A stretch of DNA of 32,000 nucleotides, from contig NZ_LN831039.1 of the NCBI RefSeq assembly GCF_001457595.1, forward strand, positions 3,180,001 through 3,212,000. The letters are read 5' to 3'. The notes below the pieces were generated by a model, which saw only the letters and a program-made list of their open reading frames with translations, was not told the DNA's origin and searched no databases. Position 1 is the first letter of the stretch, and every line of letters starts with the position of its first letter. Of the stretch, positions 24,968 to 32,000 are shown in pieces. This DNA is from Mycolicibacterium smegmatis. Its GTDB lineage: Bacteria; Actinomycetota; Actinomycetes; Mycobacteriales; Mycobacteriaceae. Both the position numbers and the translations under genes were made by a program.

Positions 24968-25153
24968 GTGACCACATTTCAGGGCTGGCTCAACGTCTCT
25001 CCATCAACTCCCAACGCCATCGTCGGCACCATCCGGGCCGTCGTGTGCGCGCCGCTGCGGGTTGTGCTGCCCGCGCGCGGCACCGACGCACCACCGCAGT
25101 CGCAGGCGCCCCAGACACCACGGCGCCTGCAGCCCGGCCTCGAACGCTGCTGA
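24968..25153 (+). CDS. Candidate 61-aa small protein, unknown function
   Basis: GTG start, AAAGGA Shine-Dalgarno-like sequence 7 nt upstream, mostly G/C third positions (~80% by eye), fills the ribD-MFS gap without overlapping either gene. Protein: MTTFQGWLNVSPSTPNAIVGTIRAVVCAPLRVVLPARGTDAPPQSQAPQTPRRLQPGLERC. Confidence 0.5.
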   Translation: MTTFQGWLNVSPSTPNAIVGTIRAVVCAPLRVVLPARGTDAPPQSQAPQTPRRLQPGLERC

Positions 25154-25165
25154 GAGTTCCCCGCG

Positions 25166-26866
25166 TCAGGGCGCCCGGTGGCGCCCCGGCCGCTCGTCGC
25201 CCGGGTCCGACGGCGGTGCGGAGAGCACCTGTGTCGGCAGATCCAGCATCTCGGTGGGGGCATCGTCGGCATCGCCTGCGTCGTACGGGTCGATGGCGCC
25301 GCCTCCGCCGTACGTGGGGGCGTACGCCGGTTCGAACTCCTCGGCGTGCTCGTGCTTGCCGCTGATCAGCAGGCCCAGCAGGGCGCCGATGACACACACC
25401 ACCGCAGCGCTCAGGAAGATGTCGCCGTACATCATCACGTAGGCCTCGCGGTAGCGCACGGCCTGCGCGGTGAGCCGCTCGGCCAGTGACATCGGGCTGC
25501 CGGCGTCTCCGGCCGCGCGTGCCGCCAGCGTCGCGAGGTGCTGGTTAAACCGGTAGAAGCCCCACGCGCCCAGCGCGGCGATGCCGATCAGCATGCCGAT
25601 CATGCGGGCCACCACCACGGCCGCCGACGCGATGCCGTGCTCGGCCGCGGGCACGGCCCGCAGCGTCGCCGAGGTCAGCGGACCGATCACCAGGCCGAGG
25701 CCCAGGCCCACGATCGCCAGGTCGGTGTCGAGGACCGGGAGCGTGAACAGCCCCAGGTTGTGACGATCGGCCAGGACATCGACGCTCCAGTGCGAGATCA
25801 GCACGAACCCGCCCGCGGCGATGAGCAGACCGATGAGCACCACGAGCCGGTCACCGATCCGGGTGGCCAGCCAGCCGCCGATCAGGGCGCCGATGGGCAG
25901 CGCGATGAGGAACCGCAGCAGCAGGAACGCCGCGTGGTCCTGATCCTGGCCGAGCACGCCCTGGCCGAACAGCTCCACGTTGACCAGCGTCACCATGAGC
26001 GCCGCGCCTGCGCACAACGACGCCGCCAGCGCGGCCAAGAACGGCCGGAACCGCACACCGGCAGGGTCGATCAGCCGGGTCTTGGCGACCTTCTCCCACG
26101 CGAAGAACGCGACGGCCGCGACGAGCGCGCCCGCGAGCACGGGAAGCCCCCAGCTGGGCAGCACCTGCTTGCCGTCGGGTTCGGGGTTGTAGAGACCCAC
26201 GACGGTCAGGCCGAGGGCGATCGCGAGCAGCACACCGCCGATGACGTCGACCCGCTCGGGCTCGTCGACCTGTTGTCTTGCGGGCAGGCTGAAGTGGATC
26301 ATCACCATCGCGATGACGGCCAGCGGCACGTTGACCCAGAACACGGCCTGCCAGTGGTTGAACAGCCAGACCAGCGCGATGCCGTACATGGGACCCAGCA
26401 CGGCGCCGAGTTCCTGCGCGGCGCCGACCCCGCCGAGCACCGAGGCCCGGCTGCGGGCCGACCACAGGTCGGCCGCGAGTGCCAGCGTCACCGGCAGCAG
26501 GGCGCCGCTCGCGGAGCCCTGGATGATGCGTCCGATCACCAGCATCGTCAGGTCACTCGACAGCGCGGTGACCACCGAGCCCACCGCGAAGCCCGCCAGG
26601 CCCACCTGGATGAGCATCTTGCGGCCGAAGCGGTCCGACGCGCGGCCCAGCAGCGGCATCGCGGCGATGTAGCCGAGCAGATACCCCGTGATGATGGGTG
26701 TGACCTGCTGGATCTGGTTTATCGCGATGCCGACGTCGGCCATGATGTCGACGATGATCGTGATCACCACGTAGGTGTCGAGCGCGCCGAGCAGCACCGC
26801 CAGGCTGCCCGCGCTGATCGCGATGTTGCGGTTGCCCCGGGAACTCACCGCAGTCCCGCCCGGCAT
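25166..26866 (-). CDS. MFS exporter, P55-like (DHA2/14-TM type)
   Basis: [45 protein letters not shown] motif A, multiple TM segments. Start overlaps the lprG stop. Confidence 0.9.
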   Translation of the reverse strand: MPGGTAVSSRGNRNIAISAGSLAVLLGALDTYVVITIIVDIMADVGIAINQIQQVTPIITGYLLGYIAAMPLLGRASDRFGRKMLIQVGLAGFAVGSVVTALSSDLTMLVIGRIIQGSASGALLPVTLALAADLWSARSRASVLGGVGAAQELGAVLGPMYGIALVWLFNHWQAVFWVNVPLAVIAMVMIHFSLPARQQVDEPERVDVIGGVLLAIALGLTVVGLYNPEPDGKQVLPSWGLPVLAGALVAAVAFFAWEKVAKTRLIDPAGVRFRPFLAALAASLCAGAALMVTLVNVELFGQGVLGQDQDHAAFLLLRFLIALPIGALIGGWLATRIGDRLVVLIGLLIAAGGFVLISHWSVDVLADRHNLGLFTLPVLDTDLAIVGLGLGLVIGPLTSATLRAVPAAEHGIASAAVVVARMIGMLIGIAALGAWGFYRFNQHLATLAARAAGDAGSPMSLAERLTAQAVRYREAYVMMYGDIFLSAAVVCVIGALLGLLISGKHEHAEEFEPAYAPTYGGGGAIDPYDAGDADDAPTEMLDLPTQVLSAPPSDPGDERPGRHRAP

Positions 26867-27576
26867 CAGGCCGCGGGCTTGGTGACGTTGACCTGCTTAC
26901 CCCAGTCCGAGAGCGTCATCGTGACGCTGTTGCCCGGCGTGGGCTCCAGCTGGGCCTGCAGCAGCGTGTGATCGTCCTCGGTGATCCACGCGGTGCCGGG
27001 CACCGGGCCGTCGGCCTTGAGCGCCGGTGCGATCTTGTTGACCGCGTCGGCGCTGACGTTGCCCTTCACGCGGACCGCCTCGGTGCCGTTGATCGACTCG
27101 CGGCCGTCGGCCGTGGCGTCGGAGAAGTTGGCCAGCACGTTGGCCAGGCCCGTGTCGGGGTTCAGGATCGCCGACACGTCGTAGATGTTGGCCGCGGCAC
27201 CGTAGTTCGACAGCGGATCGCCGGGCGTCAGCGCCGCGTAGAGATTGCCGTCGGCGATCACGAACTTCGCGTCGGCGATCTTCTGGCCGAACGCGATCAG
27301 GTCGGCGGTGCCCTCCGCGGCCACGGCAGGCGCGTTGGTCAGGTCGCCGTCGAGCTTCTCCACGGGCAGCCCGTCGACCTTGCCCTGCACCGTCAGCAGC
27401 AGGTGCACGCTCTGCTGCGTCTTGGTCTTCGACGCCGACTCCTGGAGCAGCGCGGCACCGTCGGGAAGCGGTGCGTCGGAGGTCTCCGATGACGACGAAC
27501 ACCCGGCGACCAGCGCAGCAGCGGTGGCAAGGATGGCGAACAAGGACTGGACTGCGAAGCGTGGGCGCGTCTGCAT
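26866..27576 (-). CDS. lprG: LprG/LppX-family lipoprotein
   Basis: Signal peptide with lipobox [61 protein letters not shown]. Cotranscribed with the P55-like MFS. Confidence 0.93.
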   Translation of the reverse strand: MQTRPRFAVQSLFAILATAAALVAGCSSSSETSDAPLPDGAALLQESASKTKTQQSVHLLLTVQGKVDGLPVEKLDGDLTNAPAVAAEGTADLIAFGQKIADAKFVIADGNLYAALTPGDPLSNYGAAANIYDVSAILNPDTGLANVLANFSDATADGRESINGTEAVRVKGNVSADAVNKIAPALKADGPVPGTAWITEDDHTLLQAQLEPTPGNSVTMTLSDWGKQVNVTKPAA

Positions 27577-27582
27577 AACTGC

Positions 27583-27588
27583 ATCGTA
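27583..27588 (-). promoter_or_regulatory. Candidate -10 box TACGAT for a leaderless lprG transcript
   Basis: Reverse strand reads TACGAT-GCAGTT-ATG, with 6 nt to the lprG start. Confidence 0.55.
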
Positions 27589-27635
27589 GAGGCTCGCCCA
27601 GACGAACTGCTTTCTCCAACGGTCCGCCGACTGAA

Positions 27636-27641
27636 TACTCT
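27636..27641 (+). promoter_or_regulatory. Candidate -10 box TACTCT for a leaderless ribE transcript
   Basis: Reads TACTCT-GGTCGC-GTG, with 6 nt to the ribE start at 27648. Confidence 0.55.
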
Positions 27642-27647
27642 GGTCGC

Positions 27648-28247
27648 GTGTTCACCGGAATCGTTGAAGAACTGGGCGTACTGGTCGACAAGGCGGAACT
27701 GGACGACTCCGCCCGTCTGACCATCCGCGGACCCGTGGTGACGGCCGACGCCGGCCACGGTGATTCGATCGCGGTGAACGGCGTATGTCTCACGGTGGTG
27801 GACGTATTGCCCGACGGCGCGTTCACCGCCGATGTCATGGGGGAGACGCTCAACCGGTCCAGCCTGGCCGGTGTCGCCGTGGGCGACCGGGTCAACCTGG
27901 AGCGCGCCGCGGCCGTCAACAGCCGCCTCGGCGGACACATCGTGCAGGGCCATGTCGACGGCACCGGAAGTGTGATTTCGCGCACGCCGCACGAGCACTG
28001 GGAGGTGGTGCGCATCGCGCTGCCGCCCGCGCTCTCGCGGTACGTGGTGGAGAAGGGATCGATCACCGTCGACGGTGTCTCGCTGACCGTTTCTGCCATT
28101 GGTGATGACTGGTTTGAGATTTCGTTGATCCCGACCACTCGCGAGCTGACCACGCTCGGGACGGCGCCGGTGGGCACGACGGTGAACCTGGAAGTGGACG
28201 TCATCGCGAAATACGTTGAGCGGCTGATGTCGGGTACGGGTCGGTAA
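27648..28247 (+). CDS. ribE: Riboflavin synthase alpha chain
   Basis: MFTGIVEELG, NGVCLTVV, duplicated lumazine-binding halves, GHVDGTG. Often named ribC in mycobacteria. Confidence 0.96.
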   Translation: MFTGIVEELGVLVDKAELDDSARLTIRGPVVTADAGHGDSIAVNGVCLTVVDVLPDGAFTADVMGETLNRSSLAGVAVGDRVNLERAAAVNSRLGGHIVQGHVDGTGSVISRTPHEHWEVVRIALPPALSRYVVEKGSITVDGVSLTVSAIGDDWFEISLIPTTRELTTLGTAPVGTTVNLEVDVIAKYVERLMSGTGR

Positions 28248-28367
28248 GAGCTGGTGTAACGGCGCGTTTCCGGTGGTTCATACTGGAGTCGGCAGCGCGG
28301 ACTTCCCGTCGGAACTGGCGTCGGTTTTCCGCCCTCGAAAAGGCAAGAAACAGGCAAGGTGGCGATT

Positions 28368-30630
<2,263 letters not shown>

Positions 30631-30645
30631 CACCTTCGGCCGGCG

Positions 30646-31128
30646 TCACCCGACGGACAGGGCCATCGCGAGTTCGCGGGCCTCGGCGACGTTGCCCGCG
30701 TCGCACACCCCGAAACCCAGATCCTCGTAGATGCTGCGTGCCACGGTGTTGTCGGCGGCCACGCGCAGGCGGATCGTGTGCACGCGGCAGTCCCGGGCCC
30801 AGGCCACCGCGGCGCTGATCAGGCGGTGGCCGAGTCCGCAGTTGCGTGCCGAAGGATCGACCCACAGCGAATACAGGTAGATGGCGTCGGGGTTCTGGTA
30901 CTGCGCGCCGATCAGGCCGGCCACCCGCCCGTCGATCACGGCCGCGAACTGCGCGTGTTCGCACAGTCGCCTGCGCCACTGGCTCGCGGTGAACCTGGCC
31001 TCCTGGCGGTAGTGCGGGTCGTCGGCGCCCAGCGAGTCGGCCAGCGCGCGCAGCCGGATCGTCGAGAACAGCCGCCAGTCGGCGGGCGTCAACCGCATCA
31101 CATCCACGGTCACCGGAGTACCCGTCAT
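30646..31128 (-). CDS. GNAT-family N-acetyltransferase
   Basis: LYSLWVDPSARNCGLGHRLISAAVAWARD...NTVARSIYEDLGF. Confidence 0.88.
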   Translation of the reverse strand: MTGTPVTVDVMRLTPADWRLFSTIRLRALADSLGADDPHYRQEARFTASQWRRRLCEHAQFAAVIDGRVAGLIGAQYQNPDAIYLYSLWVDPSARNCGLGHRLISAAVAWARDCRVHTIRLRVAADNTVARSIYEDLGFGVCDAGNVAEARELAMALSVG

Positions 31129-32000
31129 CCCGGGTCACCCATCACGAGTCCCTCCCGGCGTGGATCGGCACCGCCGATCCACCCGGATTCGGTCCGTGCG
31201 ATCGCCGACAGCCCGCTGGACTGATCGTCGAGGTTGACGTCGTGGCCCAGCCGGCGCAGTCCGCGCACGAGCGGATCGTGATCGCCGTTGTCGGACGTGT
31301 CGACGTTGGGGTGTTCGCCGCCCACGTTGGTCTTGGGGGTGTTGGCGGCCCCGAAGTCGACCATCGACACCGCCTGCTGCGGGTCGAGGCCCCAATCGAG
31401 AAGGCCGACAACGGTTTTGACGACGAACTGGATGATGACCGAGCCGCCCGGCGATCCCAGGACCGCGTACAGTGGCCCGCGTTCACCGCCGTCATGGTCG
31501 AAGATCAACGTGGGCGCCATGGTGCTGCGGGGGCGTTTGCCGGGTTCCACCCGGTTGGGGATCGGCGTGCCCTCGGGGCTGACCGGTTCGGCGGAGAAGT
31601 CGGTGAGCTGGTTGTTGAGCAGGAACCCGTCGACCATGTGGAACGAGCCGAACGCCGATTCCACGGTGGTGGTCAGCGCGGCCGCGTTGCCGAAGCTGTC
31701 GATGATGCTGACCTGGCTGGTGCCGTGTTCGCGGACCGGCGCCGCGGTGACCGGTGGTCCGAAGCTGCCCGGTTGCGCGGTGCCCATCGTGCGGTCCTCG
31801 GAGATCAGTGCGGCCCGACCGGTCAGATAGGCGCTGTCCAGCAGCGTGTTCGGGGAACCACCGGGCAGCGCGACGAAGTCGGTGTCGGCGACGTAGCGGT
31901 CCCGGTCGGCGTACGCGAGACGCTCGGCCTCCGAGATGAGGTGCACGCCCATGACCGTGGGATGTCCGCCGTTGCGGTCGAGGTCGGTGGGCCGGTGTTG
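31125..32000 (-). CDS. Gamma-glutamyltransferase, 5' end truncated by window edge
   Basis: Reading frame stays open to base 32000 (QHRPTDLDRNGGHPTVMGVHLISEAERLAYADRDRYVAD). Also GTSQVSIIDSFGNAAALTTTVESAFGS, PNRVEPGKRPRSTMAPTLIF, VLGSPGG. Stop overlaps the GNAT start. Confidence 0.93.
   Translation of the reverse strand, partial: QHRPTDLDRNGGHPTVMGVHLISEAERLAYADRDRYVADTDFVALPGGSPNTLLDSAYLTGRAALISEDRTMGTAQPGSFGPPVTAAPVREHGTSQVSIIDSFGNAAALTTTVESAFGSFHMVDGFLLNNQLTDFSAEPVSPEGTPIPNRVEPGKRPRSTMAPTLIFDHDGGERGPLYAVLGSPGGSVIIQFVVKTVVGLLDWGLDPQQAVSMVDFGAANTPKTNVGGEHPNVDTSDNGDHDPLVRGLRRLGHDVNLDDQSSGLSAIARTESGWIGGADPRREGLVMGDPG

Noticed and set aside
25538-26971. 477-aa forward ORF opposite the MFS gene
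   Set aside because: His/Gln/Arg-rich composition with no domain. The reverse MFS frame is clear.
28248-28358. Possible FMN riboswitch upstream of ribBA
   Set aside because: I could not recognise the conserved RFN junction sequences or helices. An Infernal search against the Rfam FMN model would settle it.

Overview
This 32 kb high-GC window has the gene content and order of a Mycobacterium/Mycolicibacterium chromosome, probably M. smegmatis-like. That assignment is inferred from recognised proteins; no database was searched. It is mostly conserved core metabolism. Gene order: pyrC (5'-truncated) - small membrane protein - carA - carB - pyrF - ~1.1 kb gap - mihF - gmk - rpoZ - coaBC - metK - metN/metI/metQ-like transporter - (convergent) alpha/beta hydrolase - YhhN-like membrane protein - priA - DUF2207-like protein - lemA-like - fmt - rsmB-like - rpe - ribD - candidate 61-aa small ORF - (reverse) MFS/P55-like exporter and lprG - ribE - ribBA - ribH - PH-like membrane protein - (reverse) GNAT and gamma-glutamyltransferase (truncated by the window edge). 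I see no CRISPR array, transposon, prophage, toxin-antitoxin, rRNA or tRNA. No convincing new defence or mobile system is visible. The most interesting signals are small or regulatory: an inverted repeat in the carA-carB spacer, a palindrome upstream of metK, two strong hairpins (one with a 20-bp perfect stem), recurring TANNNT-N6/7-start arrangements suggesting leaderless transcripts, a candidate small ORF, a PriA with degenerate helicase motifs, and a DUF2207/LemA pair with a Ser/Gly-repeat tail.
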